Assembly (NCBI GenBank): GCA_951406725.2
Contig: OX597836.1
Coordinates: 310,001 to 374,000, forward strand
Length of the DNA: 64,000 nucleotides
Direction of reading: 5' to 3'
Origin: Octopus vulgaris
Taxonomy: Eukaryota
Of this stretch, positions 24,386-36,436 are shown piece after piece; position 1 is the stretch's first letter, and every line of letters starts with the position of its first letter. The position numbers were made by a program, and so were the translations under genes. Below the pieces are notes generated by a model, which was not told the DNA's origin, made no database searches, and saw only the letters and a program-made list of their open reading frames with translations.

Positions 24386-25574
24386 GCACAATAATAATAA
24401 TGATAATGATAATGATAATAATACTAATACTAATAATAATAACTTGCAGAGTATATGAAAATTCCACATATTTTAAATATTCTTATTCTTATTTATAGAT
24501 CCTTGTAACATTATGTCATTATGAATAAGTTTTGGGTTTCACAGTTGAGCTTGTTAAAGACTTAACACTTTAATACATGCTGTGCCAAGCAGAATAATAC
24601 TATAAATTTTAAAGCTCAGCACCAGATCATAAATTTAAGATGAGGGAACCCAGTTGGTTCTTCAGTGGTTCTTTACAACTCACTCTAACATTAATTCAAA
24701 AATCTAAAGGAAACTATCTAAATACTTGAGAGTATTTTGTCTGTAGGTCCAGCAATTCTGCTACCACATCCCTCTATTCAGCCAACATGTTACATTCACC
24801 AAAGCCACTTCATTCAAACTCAAGATATCGAGGTCATAACACCACCCTGTTCACCTGGGAATATATTGAATTCACCAAATACACTACATTCATAATCAAG
24901 ATGTTGATAAGCTGTAATATTTTAGTTGCTAATAAGATTAACCTATTTACATTGGTTCTTATGTTCACACTGTGGTGAGCATTAAACTCAGCTCACACGT
25001 CAATTAATTCAATCTTAATTCAACTCTTCATTCAACTCATTCAACTCTTTCCATACAAACCACCTTGTAATCTTTTACTTTCTGAATTCAAATACCACCA
25101 ACTTTACCTTTCCTCTTTGTAGCATTCATAAAATAAAGCAAAGGCTAAATAACGGGGTTATTATTGTAGTTTTCTATAATGTTGTAGTTCTCAAATGGTG
25201 CACCATGTTGCACTGGTATGCAACTAATTTTTTAAAACATCATCATCATCATTGTCATTGTTGTCGACGTCATCGCTGTCATCATCATCATCATCATCAA
25301 CAACACATTAATATCCACTTTCTCCTGCTTGTATAGATGGAAGCATTTTATTGATACAAACTTTCTACAACAGCCATTCCTATTGTCAACCTTCATCTGT
25401 TTCCAAACAAGGTAATATTTCACTCATGGCTGTACATCTGATTGCAGAATATTGGAAATGAATGACACTGCTTATATGACAATGGCACTCATTTACAACT
25501 ATCAGGCAATGTCAAAGACAAGTAGACACTAACACATACACGTTTCCACAAACATTCAATTAAACATGCATACA

Positions 25575-25875
25575 TATAATTGCTTGCAAAGACACAGCAT
25601 TTTGTTTTGCAACCATAATATATATTATGAAGTATATTAAAGATTTACAACTTAATATTGTTCTCTTACTTTTGTGTTAAAAATGCAAAATTCACTTTTA
25701 TATCTCTATTGATTTTCTTCAGAATTCAGAGCCAGCACAGAGCAGCTTACAACATTTCTTATATGCATACGTCTCTTTTTGGATATATTTTATATTTTTA
25801 TTATACGAAACATTGTAACTTGCAGAGCTGGTTCTGAATTTTATAGGAAATCTCCAGAGATAAACTTTAAAGTTC
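25575..25875. repeat. AT-rich MITE-like repeat; inverted relative at ~51095-51475
   Basis: Shared blocks aaagacacag...ttgcaac, agaattcagagccag and acgaaacattgtaacttgca; each copy has internal inverted gaattc-containing arms. Confidence 0.65.
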
Positions 25876-25879
25876 AGCC

Positions 25880-28090
25880 ATTATCATCATCATCCTTTAA
25901 CGTCTGTTGTCCATGCTGGCATGGGTTGAACAGTTTGATCAAAGCTGGCAAGCTGGGGCACTGTACCCGGCTCCAGTCTGATTTGGCATAGTTTCTATGG
26001 CTGGATACCGTTCCTAATGCCAACCACTTTACAGAGTGTGCTGGATGCTTTTATGTGGCACTGCTATGAGCACTTATATGCGGCACCTGCTCAGGACTCT
26101 TGCAGGCAACCAATCCTCTCCACGAGGTGGGGGCTTAACACTCCTGCTGTGGAGAACAGATCTTCTTGAGTAAACAAGGCACCTGGTGTCTCAGTTCTTT
26201 CTTATCTCATCTGAAAGGTTCAGCATCCTGAGGCTGTTCTTTAGTTCTTCATCCTATGTCTTCCTCTTCCACATGTTCCATCTACTTTGATATACCAGCA
26301 CTTCTTTATGGGGATGTCAGCATCCATTTGCATCACATGACCAAACCAACAGTGTCTTCTCTCTTGCACACAGCATCTAATTCCTCTTGTGCCCACCTCT
26401 CTCATTACACCAACACTTTGTCAAACATCACTTACATTACACATTCAGTGGAGCATACTAACCTCAATCCTCTCTAGCCTTCACATGTCCTCTGCATTCA
26501 GGGCCCACATCTCACTACCAACTGGAATTACTGCCCCTATACATGCATCATACATGTTTCCTTTCACTTGGAAAGAGAAACCTTTCATGGCCAACAGATA
26601 AAAGCTCTCTGAAGTCCCTCCATCCTATTCGTATTCTAGCTATTACACTCTTCATGCATCCTCCCCCACTATTAATTTGGTCCCCTAGTTAGCAGAAGTT
26701 ATCTACTATCCCTAATAAGCCACCAGGGCATTTGAGAGAACCAATTTTCCAAGTCTGTGAATTTTATGGATCCTGTGCATCTTCCACATATAAACACTGC
26801 TTTCTCTGATAACCTTTTTAATCCATTGCACCTCTTGTGATTCCATAACTTACACTGGGTACACTAAATGGAGTTCCTGCCTACACCTTTCCTACAAAAC
26901 GAGCAGGGCCACCTACCTGAAAGGAGTAGGGTTCTGCCTGATTCTTGTTTTTTTGTTTTTGCTTACTAAGACCTTAATCTTTGTTAAGTTAATCTTAACG
27001 ATCTTAGATTCCAGGTTTTGTTTTCACACCTGGAATTTCTTTCCTAGCTCTGACATAGAATCTGCTATAAGGACAAGATCATGTTCCCAGGGGCTGCTGG
27101 TCCTGAATTCCTCTGTTATGGCCTGGAGGATAATGATAAAAAGGAGGGGACTGAGGACTGAGCCTTGAACACTTACCTGTACACCAAATTCTTTGCTGTA
27201 CACATGGTTAACTCTCAACTTGCTGACAGTGTATGTGGTCTGTACAGCTTTCACAAGCCACTTAGATTCCTCAGAGCCCACCATATTACACAGTGGGGCA
27301 CTCTATTGAAGGTTTTCTCTAGATCAACAAATATAGAGTATAGTGGTTTATTCTTAGCTAAGTACCTCTCTTGTAGTTGCCTGACTATGAAAATAACATC
27401 AGTTGTGCTTCTGCTCAGGATGAAGAAAAACTGTATTTCGTTTAGTTTAATTCTGCTCCAAATTAATTGGCCTGTAACTCTCTTCACCTGGTCCAGGAGT
27501 TTGGTGCCTTTACAATTGCTTCTAGCTAAAGAACCCCACTAACCCTTGTAGCATCTAACAATAATGCTGCTACACCAGTCACTGAGTATTACATTTTCCT
27601 GAATGTCGTGATTAACTATGCAGGTAATTAGCCCTTATCCTACCTTACTGAATATTTTGAATATTTCAGCCGTGATTCTGGATGGACCAGGGGCTTTCCT
27701 GGTCTTTATGTCCTTAATTGCCTTATCTACCATACTACTGTCTATTAGAAAAGTTGGCTCCTCTGTTAGGTTCACATGAGGGAGACTCCTTTTATCCCAT
27801 TCATTCTCCACATTCAACTGTCTTGCATAGTAACTTTTCCATACTTTTTTCTTGTCTACATCACTAAGTGCAAGCATACCATTATCCAACTGCACACACT
27901 TCTCTCCCTCAATATCTTGATTCTCTCTCATATACTATCTATCAATCCAAAACACTTCAATCTTCGTGCTGTAGAACATTGGCAAACCTCTTCGTTTCTG
28001 TTTTTACTCTACCTAAATAAACCTGATGTCTAGCTTCCCTTTTAGTTCTCTAATATGATTCTTAGCCACCCACTCTTTTCCATTCTTTCT
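25880..28090 (-). mobile_element. Decayed RTE-clade LINE (RT plus 3' UTR)
   Basis: KAPGPSRITAE, IQFFF..SRSTTDVIFIVRQLQERYLAKNKPLYSIFVDLEKTFNRVP and QGSVLSPLLFII; (GAT)n tail. Confidence 0.92.
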
Positions 28091-30030
28091 AGACCTATCT
28101 GTTCACTTCTGTGGCACTGAATGGGATGCTGGTCCGTGACAGGGTTCAAGAACAACAGATTTTGATGGGGTGGGAGGCATGGACAAGTCAACTACCTCAA
28201 ACCTTCTGCTGGGTCAAAGGTAGAGGAGATGGCAGGAGGGTGTCTATATGTCTGCTGGCTACAAAAGCAATGTAAACCAAAATAAAAACAAAACAAAACA
28301 CACATACTGTATAAAGACTTTCAATAAATCAGTCTCTGGAAGTTAAATATACTATTCAAAGATATTGAAACTGAAAGTCATGTGGTTGGGAAGCAAATTT
28401 CTTAACTACACAGCCAGACTTGTGCCTGAAAAATTTGAAGTTGCAGGGGCAGGATGTTTAAAATTAAAAGTTTAATAAAGATTTAAGAAAATTCTTACTA
28501 ATGCTTGAGCAACTTGAAAAACATGTTATTCATAAATTTGTTTTTGTCATAAGTAATATTTTTGTTTGATCTCCCAAGCACCATGAAGTGAAAAAACAAA
28601 AACAAAAACAAAGGGAGAACAACTACATCCTAAATATGAATGGAATTATAATAGAAGACTTAAAACATTTATGGTACAGCAGTAGAGGTACATGGCTTCA
28701 TGGTTGGGGTGTTTGGTTCCTGAACAGAGTGACACATTGTACCTCTTTGAATAAGGGTCTTCATTTTGTGTTTGACCATTCTGCTCAGCTGTAATGAGAA
28801 TCAGTCAGATGCTGGTGCTACAGTTTTTCCTCCAGCCCTCACATCATGGCTGGGTCAAAGGTAGAGGGGATGACAGGAAGGTGTCTATGCCTGCTTTTGA
28901 CTTCATAGACTATCAAAGCAATTAGTTTTAGCACGGTATCTGTTACAGAGCCATGCTTACTGGTGAGAGACACCAGGCTGTACTGGATTGCAGACACTTC
29001 TCATATTTTAACAGTGTTCAGAAGGGAAAAAAGTACAAATTTTACCTCAATTCTTTTCAAAATTAATTGCCACTGTTCTTATTGTTCAGACCTAGATTAT
29101 CTCCATTTGGGCTGACTTCTAATCACAGTTGTTTCATTCACAATCATTCTGGCTTTTATTCAAACAATATATCAAGGACTACATTATCCAATGCATCCTT
29201 TCTATTTTTCAAGACAGCAGAACATAATTTGAGGAAGCATTGGCTGCTGTTTCTAGTGTATCAAACCACCACATAGATCTTTCAGTGACTTAGGCACCCC
29301 CACTTCATTAGAAGTATGGACAATAAAGGCTTAAAATATGATCCTTTCAAGTTTGTCTTGTCACATCGTCTCAATTCAGTTTTATTTATTTGTTTTGTAT
29401 CACATTTCAAAAACAATCCTGTTGTTGGTTACAAGTTAATCACTGTTTTACTGTATTTTTGACTTTGACAATGATAAGGGAGTGTATGTAACTCGATGCA
29501 GAACAATATATTTCAAAGAAGTTCATATGAAAGGCACTGTTTTTTGAAACTCTTCATTTAAAATCTTCAACATCATCAAAGCTGATGAAGTTGCAGAGAC
29601 AGATTGAGGGCCTTGCAGTACTCTTTCTTGCTCTCTGAGTTCTAATCCTTCCAAGATTGATTTCCCCTTTTTATTCTTCTGGAGTTGATAAATAAAAGTA
29701 TCTGTCAAGTACTGGAATCAATTCTTCTCTCTCTTTTTTTTTTTCTTTCTCTGAATCAGTTATATTGCTCTGTAATAAAATTTCTGTGAGACCATTGACA
29801 GCAGTCTGTTTCCAGAAGTGGAAAAGGCTTGAGCATGGGGGTAAAAATCTTTTCTCATAGAAAGAAATTGATATGGGACTAGGACCATCTAAGGACAGGT
29901 GAACTGATGAGCCTTACAGCATGGAACGAAAATTAAAAACAATACAAAAAAAAAAGAAAATATAAACACTTCTACACTTTTACTTCCCAACCACTCACAC
30001 ACACACACACACACAAGACATATATGTATA

Positions 30031-30250
30031 CAAGAGTGTGCTAAGAAGTTCCTGGCTTTGGGTAAAAGAAAAGACAGGAGTATCAGTTAATGATGAGTTT
30101 ATTCATCATATTCTCCTCTCAGATTCACACACTTATTGCAGGGGAGGTCCTTCAGTTTTTCTAAGCTCAGTAAAAGAACTCAGAAAGTTGGGCTTCCAAT
30201 CAGGCATTTTGCGATACCCTTAAAGCCAGGAACTTTTCAACACCTCCTTG
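30031..30250. mobile_element. mariner-type MITE
   Basis: TIRs caagagtgtgctaagaagttcctggcttt and aaagccaggaacttttcaacacctccttg, with TA on both flanks. Confidence 0.85.
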
Positions 30251-30260
30251 TATAAACATC

Positions 30261-30298
<38 letters not shown>

Positions 30299-30899
30299 TA
30301 TAGATAGATAGATATACACACATATACATACACACGTGTATATATATATATGTATATATATTTTCACTTTGCAAGTGGGCAAGCCGTGTATTCACTTCTT
30401 CAGCAAGACACTTGCTCTTCTCTCCCTCTATCATTATTTTGGTATCCAGAAGACCCAAAATGGAGGGTAACGCTATGTAAGTGCCACGGGAGGACCGTAG
30501 TTAGATGCCTGGTTCATTAATAGTTTGAGTGAGGAGTCTAATGCGGGTTGTGTGTGAGCATGTATATGTTAAATAAAATGAGACAACAAAGCCAAAGCAG
30601 TGTGAGGAGACCAGAATAAAATAGTAATCAAAGGGGTCATAGATAAAAGATAGTTGAGAACCCCTGGGTCAGTGCATTGGACTCTTGATAGTAAGGTCGT
30701 AATTTTGATTCTCAGACCAGGTGGTGCACTGAGTTTTCAGCAAAACATTTCATTTTACATTGCTCCAGTCCACTCAGCTGAAAAGAATGTACTAGCAACA
30801 GCTAGAGTTTTTACTCTGTGATGGATTGGCATTCTGTCCAAAGTTGTGATATTCGTCTCTCAGTTGTTGATATACCATAGATATGGGAATTAGAAACCA

Positions 30900-31650
30900 T
30901 GTCAGAAGTAGGACTAAGAAACCCACACAAATCTGAGCTAGGCTTCGTACCAAGCATAACAGAGAAATGAAATCAAAAGTCGTCTCGATGAGTTACTGCT
31001 AAATATCCACATAACATCAGACGATGACCTTGAAATCGTCGGTTTTTTATCCCGGTCAGTGGCATGAGCTGTCATTTTTCTGAAAAAGAAATAGAGATAA
31101 CATGAAAGATCGAAAGACTGCAAGAAGCGCATGGCCGTCTAACCCTCCTACAATCTGGGATCATTTTCAGTCTCACAGGATCCTCCTCATGTGGACTGTA
31201 TGCCGTCTGTTTTGGAGGTACTGATGATTGGTTTGTGTGTTGAAACTATTTCAACGTCGAAAAAGAAGCTATGAAATAAAGATAAGACACAAGTTTAGAG
31301 ATATGTTGAGTGAAGACACACGAGAAATCAAGGCATTGCACGATGTATGTGAACCACGGAGCGGTGTCTGATCCAAATACTTCCTGATGTCTCGGGTTGC
31401 TACAAAGTTGGACACGAGTGCTTTTTGAGTTGGTATAGGATCAGGCATGTGTTGAATGTTAAGATGTAGATGTGGTCAAAAGATCTGTTCTGATGTTTCA
31501 ATGCTGAGAGATGCTTTAGACATATAAAAAATAAGCAGTTGTGATCAAACAATTCCTCTCCTTGTCGAGTGATCTTGGAGCTTACTGGACCGGTTTGTGG
31601 TGATGGCAAACTCTTAGAAAAGATATGTTTTCGTTCTGCCTCAGGTCACT
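30900..31650 (-). mobile_element. Possible ancient RTE-BovB-like RT relic
   Basis: Weak ordered similarity: ASLSIETSEQIF (cf. ISLLSIAGKIF), PETSG..IRHRSVV (cf. PESQCGFR..RST), KPTIS, FSVML. Resembles the 22.2-22.4 kb relic. Confidence 0.35.
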
Positions 31651-32383
31651 CGTTGGGATGCTACTGTTGCCGACATCTCGGCGGTAGTGACACTCACATC
31701 GACTGTCGTGGCGAAGGTCGTGTATGGCAGGTAGTGCAAGTCTGTGCCCTTGCCAGGTGTACAACTCTGAACTAACTATAATGAAAACTGGTGTCAGCAG
31801 TTAATCGACAAAGGTTTTCATTAAAGCAATCCGGGTGAAGATAATTGAAGCTGTTGGTGGTTTGGCCTCCTTTTCCTCGTGACTGTAGTCAAGAATTAGT
31901 TTAGCAACCATTTGTGGAAATGGTTCGTATGTCAGTGTACGCTTTACCTTGTGTCTATACATCAACACACGCATGCGCAAACACACAATACAATCGGTGG
32001 TTTGGCCCTGAACAACCAACAACTCCAACTTGTGTCTTCTCCCACCAACCAACCAACCAAGCAGCCATGCGACCAGCCACACCCAACTGCAACGATCGCC
32101 GGCTACCCACACCAGTCAGCGTTAACAGCCATTCATTCATGAGAAACCAAAGGACCCAGATGGCTAGCTGGTCACATCCATCCATCAGAAATGATCAGAG
32201 CTCGATAGAAGGACAGCTTTTAGCGGCCACCAAACCAGACCAACTGAAATCGAAGGGAAAACCGTCTGCTCGTCCACACTCTTTCTTCCCTCCTCCCCTT
32301 CTTGCTACCACACTTCATTCTCTCCTCTTACTACGTTCTCCTTTTCCTCTTCCACTATCATTCCCCACTTCGCCGCTTCTCTC

Positions 32384-32502
32384 ACTCCCACTCCAACATT
32401 ATCACCTACTCTCACTGTTACTCCCACTCCAACACTATCACCTACTCTCACTGTTACTCCCACTCCAACACTATCACCTACTCTCACTGTTACTCCCACT
32501 CC
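32384..32502. repeat. 36-bp minisatellite, about 3.3 near-identical units
   Basis: Unit actcccactccaacactatcacctactctcactgtt at 32384, 32420 and 32456, plus a partial unit. Confidence 0.95.
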
Positions 32503-32938
32503 CACATTCGGTCTTTTCCTCTGTCAAAGGTCGATATGTCGTCTGTTGCCGACAGAACCGACGCATTGGGTGAGAGATGAGAGGCGCCGCCGGATAATCC
32601 TCACTCTATATAAAGATAAATGTAGATATATATATTTATACTTGGCGTAGGTACAGACGTAAACATTATTAGTAAGAGATCGGACTGGCAAATAACATTC
32701 GTCTGGTACGTCTGCTGCTGTGTTCACTGGAAAAGGTCCTGTCAAGCCTTTCAATAAAAGTCCGGCTGGTCCCAGGGAAGAAGGAAAAGAGAAGAGAAAA
32801 ACAGGAGCAAAAAACCCCAGAAAATCAACAACACTTTCGCCGTAAATTGGGAATTTCTATTATGCAGTCTCACTAGCCAGGTGTATATATTTATACACAC
32901 ATACACGCGCGTATACATACACACACACACACACACAG

Positions 32939-32971
<33 letters not shown>

Positions 32972-33318
32972 TTTGCGGTTAGTCATTCAGCTTGACGAAC
33001 AGAATTGTTTCCATTGACAGAAATCAACGGAATTTAATCAAACCAAATCAAAGCAAATCATCGTAATCTGACGAAAATTCAATCAAAAATCCTACGAAAG
33101 CCACCCGAAGTGACGACCGACAATTACTATAGTCTTCCATTAAGAAGATTATAAAGAGAGAGAGAGAGAGAGAAAGAAAGAAAGAGAGAGAGAGAAAGAA
33201 AGAGAGGAGGACGAGAGAGAGAGAAAGGGGAGGACGAGAGAGACAGAGAGAGGGGAGAGAAGCGCGCGCGCGTGTGTGTGTGTGTATGAAGTTTGCGTCA
33301 AAAGGGAAAGAGAAAATA

Positions 33319-33495
33319 ATGGGGAGTCGCGATGGAAATCTTTCTGCCCAATTCTTCGCAACCGGTCTCGACATTTCTGCCTTGGCAGACTATCTTTGGC
33401 AGGCAATAGAGTATTTCCAGGAGTATCCATCTCTGCCTATTCTCTGTGTATTCGGAGCCACATACCTCGCCTACTACCTGCTCTATGTCGGAAAG
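33319..33495 (+). CDS. First coding exon of a probable ABHD1/ABHD3-like alpha/beta hydrolase (N-terminal membrane anchor); alternative in-frame ATG at 33286
   Basis: ATG in aaataATGg context. Peptide MGSRDGNLSAQFFATGLDISALADYLWQAIEYFQEYPSLPILCVFGATYLAYYLLYVGK ends at a strong AAG|gtgagt donor, phase 0. The hydrophobic stretch ending Y.AYYL...K resembles the ABHD3 N-terminus (YAFYYLSSIAK, recalled). No downstream exon was found to confirm the family. Confidence 0.6.
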
Positions 33496-34559
33496 GTGAG
33501 TCACTACTATTATTATTATTATTATTATCATAATTTCTGATTTTCCTCCTCATCCATCGTCCTTATGGTAAGATGAAGAAATCTTTATTATTATTGGAAA
33601 ATCTAGTGGAACGATGCCCTAAATAAGTACCTTGCGGCATCTTAATTCCAAATCTTTACCTTCTGAGTTCGAATCCAGCCGGGGCTTCGGAAAACATTAA
33701 AGCACCTGTCAGTTGATATTGTCAATTATTTGTTCCCAGTTTTCCCAAAATCCGAGGCTGTAAGAAAACATCCCACAACTCGTCTCCTTTACGGAAATTA
33801 CAGATTATCATCCTTATTCGTTTTATTCTGTTTCAGTCATCGTTTTTCTAATTTGTCCTTGTGGTGTCTCCATCATTCGCCGCCGCCCTTGTGCCGGGAG
33901 TTCCTCTCTCATCCTCATCACCATTTAGCTTGGTTGACAGACGACTCATTTGTACGACGGATTTAGTTTACGGCCCAAACGTTGTGGGTTCAAATACTGA
34001 CGGGATCAGCTTTGACTTTTACCCTTTCGAGTTGATTAAAATAAAATATCCATCAAGTATTGAAGTTGATATAATTACCTTTGCTCTCTCCTTTATACTA
34101 ACATTAGGAATCATTATGATGAGGTTAACGGAAGGTGGTTGTTTTGTTAAGATCATCCCTAATCCAGCAGATAAACCTTATGATTATAAAGACGTTTCAA
34201 CCGTGACTGTCCAACCAGTCTTGGTATGTCAGTAACTACATTATCTTATATCTATTTTCTCCTTTCATTCAAAAGTGAGTGTATTATTTGAAGGAAATTC
34301 AACACCAATTTTAGACAGATTGAGCGACCACCTAGAAGTTTCCCTTGTGTGCAGGAGGTTGCCAGAAGTGGTCGCGAACCGGACAAAATGCTCTCATGGA
34401 AAACTATTGTTACTTCTTCCTTCAAATTTTACTTGTATCAACAGAATCTTTCATTAAAAAAAAAAAAAAAAATCCAGTTGAGGAAGTACCGGTCATGTTC
34501 TGGTGTGATAAAATCATTTATACCCTTATGCATGCTTACGTGTATAAATGATTTTGTGT

Positions 34560-34610
<51 letters not shown>

Positions 34611-35148
34611 TTGCATATATGTGTATATGAATGTGTGTAGTTATATGTAACGGAATACATATGTATGTATATGTGTTGTGTGTATGTATTTCTGTGTGTG
34701 TGTTTTGTGTATGTGTTGTGTGTATGTATATAAATGTATGTGTTGTGTGTATGCATGTGGTGTGTGAAAAGTATGTGTGTCTGTGATTGTGGTATATGTT
34801 TGGCAATAGTTTTAATGCCAAATTGTGTGTTCATACAAAATGATTTGGCAATGGTCATTTCTTCTCTAAACTAAGCGGGTGTACCGACTATTATGAAGGC
34901 AGGCTATTGAAAGATTCAGCGGAATAGTTAATAAAATACCTTGTGGTATTAAGTTGCACCCCTTAACATTCTGAATTTACATTCTGCTGAAGTTAACTTT
35001 GTCTTTCATCTTTCTAATGTTTATAAAATAAGGAACCAATCAAAGAACTGAGTTAATTAATTAATTTCTCTCTCCAAACTTGAGGCATCGTACCTACATT
35101 AGAAATATTTATTCTAAGGGTGGTGGATTAGTGGAATTGTTTGAGATA

Positions 35149-35710
35149 CAGGCATAGCTGTGTGGTTAAAACGTTTGCTTCCCAACCACTTGGTTTTAGG
35201 TTCAGTCCCAATGTGTGACTCTTTGGGCAACTCTCTTCTCCTCAACTCCTTCTCTGCTCAACCAAAACCTTGTCAGTGAATATGGTAGATAGAAATTGAA
35301 AGAAGTCTGTTGTGTGTATGTATATGTCCATACACATGTATAATTTCATTTTGGTCATCACATTTCAGTCGCACTAGGGCTCCACCTTACAGGGTTTAGC
35401 CAAACAAAGCAATCTCAGTATTTATTTTAGAAACACTGACATCTATTCTATCAGTCTTTTTTGTCAATAGGCTAAGTTACAAGGGTGTAAACAAAGCAAC
35501 ACTGTTTGTCAAGTGGTGGTAGTGGTGGGGAGACAAACACAAATATACAGAGGATTCCACACAGTTTCTGTCTACCAAATTCCCTCACAAGGCATTGGTT
35601 AACTTGGGGCTATCCAAGAAGACACTTGCCCCAGGTGCTGCACAGGGAGACTGAACCCAAAACCATGTGGTTGAGGAGCAATCTTCTTTACCACACGACC
35701 ATGCCTGAAC
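35149..35710. mobile_element. Inverted pair of tRNA-type SINEs separated by another SINE-like repeat
   Basis: 35149-35310 (+: gctgtgtggtt...ggttcagtccca...ttgggcaa) and ~35550-35710 (-). Other copies at ~9905, 16620, 37675, 44645 and 56742. Confidence 0.8.
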
Positions 35711-36179
35711 CTTATATATGTACATGTATGTGTGTTTGTGTGTATATATATCTGTATCTCCTTGTCTTGATATCACACAGCAGTTGTAAATGAATGTCAC
35801 CATTATATGAACAATGTCATCCATTTCCGATGTTTTAAGAAAATGTCTGGTCAAGAGGAAATATTATTATGCTTGGAAATAATCTGTGGCAACAAGAAGG
35901 GCATCTGAGCAGAGAAAATTAGCCTCACTTCATTGTGTCCAGCCGATAGAGGTATAGAAAAATGGATGTTAAAATGACGATGACAATGATGATGATGTTA
36001 GAGTGTTGGGGAGAATAAATACCTTGCAATATTTGTTCCAGTTCACACCTTGCCAAAGTCAAGTTTGCCTTTCATCTCTCTAGGATTGATAAAAAAAGGA
36101 TTAGTCAAGTTGTTGGATCGATGGCATCAACCAACCTCCTCCCTTGACAATTGCTGGACTTATGTCTCTACGTTAGAAA

Positions 36180-36218
<39 letters not shown>

Positions 36219-36436
36219 GGTGGTGAGCTGGCAGATTCGTTAGTACACTGGATGAAATGCTTAGCAGTATTTTGCCTGTTGCTACACTGTGAGTTCAAAT
36301 TCTGCCAAGATTGACTTTGCCTTTCATCCTTTCAGGGTCGATAAATTAAATACCAGTCAAGTACTAGGGTTGATGTAATCGACTTTCTCCACCCCTGAAA
36401 TTACTTGCCTTGTGCCAAAATTTAAAGCCATTATTA
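36219..36436 (+). mobile_element. SINE of the (TTA)n-associated family
   Basis: ggtgagctggcaga..cgttag...gagttcaaattctgcc...gactttgcctttcatcctttc.gggtcgataaattaa.taccag. Further copies at ~10760, 23840, 37080, 52840 and 57885. Confidence 0.8.

Larger units (their letters stand above)
30940..34400. promoter_or_regulatory. CpG-rich promoter-like domain around the exon at 33319
   Basis: CpG dinucleotides are visibly more frequent than in the flanking DNA. (CA)n/(TG)n, GA-rich and (CG)n tracts lie just upstream of the ATG. Boundaries approximate. Confidence 0.55.

Noticed and set aside
28205-28900. Local ~50-bp direct repeat gctgggtcaaaggtagagg at ~28208 and ~28849
   Set aside because: Most likely two copies of an old interspersed repeat; no LTR termini or internal ORF.
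29905-29940. CTGATGAG...GAAA hammerhead-like string
   Set aside because: Stem II does not pair next to the core, and there is no stem III or UH cleavage site.
31914-32573. 219-aa ORF, the longest in the track
   Set aside because: It runs through (CCAA)n, CT-rich DNA and the 36-bp minisatellite, and has no recognisable domain or splice support.
34349-34858. ORFs rich in HT, YI, CV or poly-I/L (here and throughout the window)
   Set aside because: They are translations of microsatellites.
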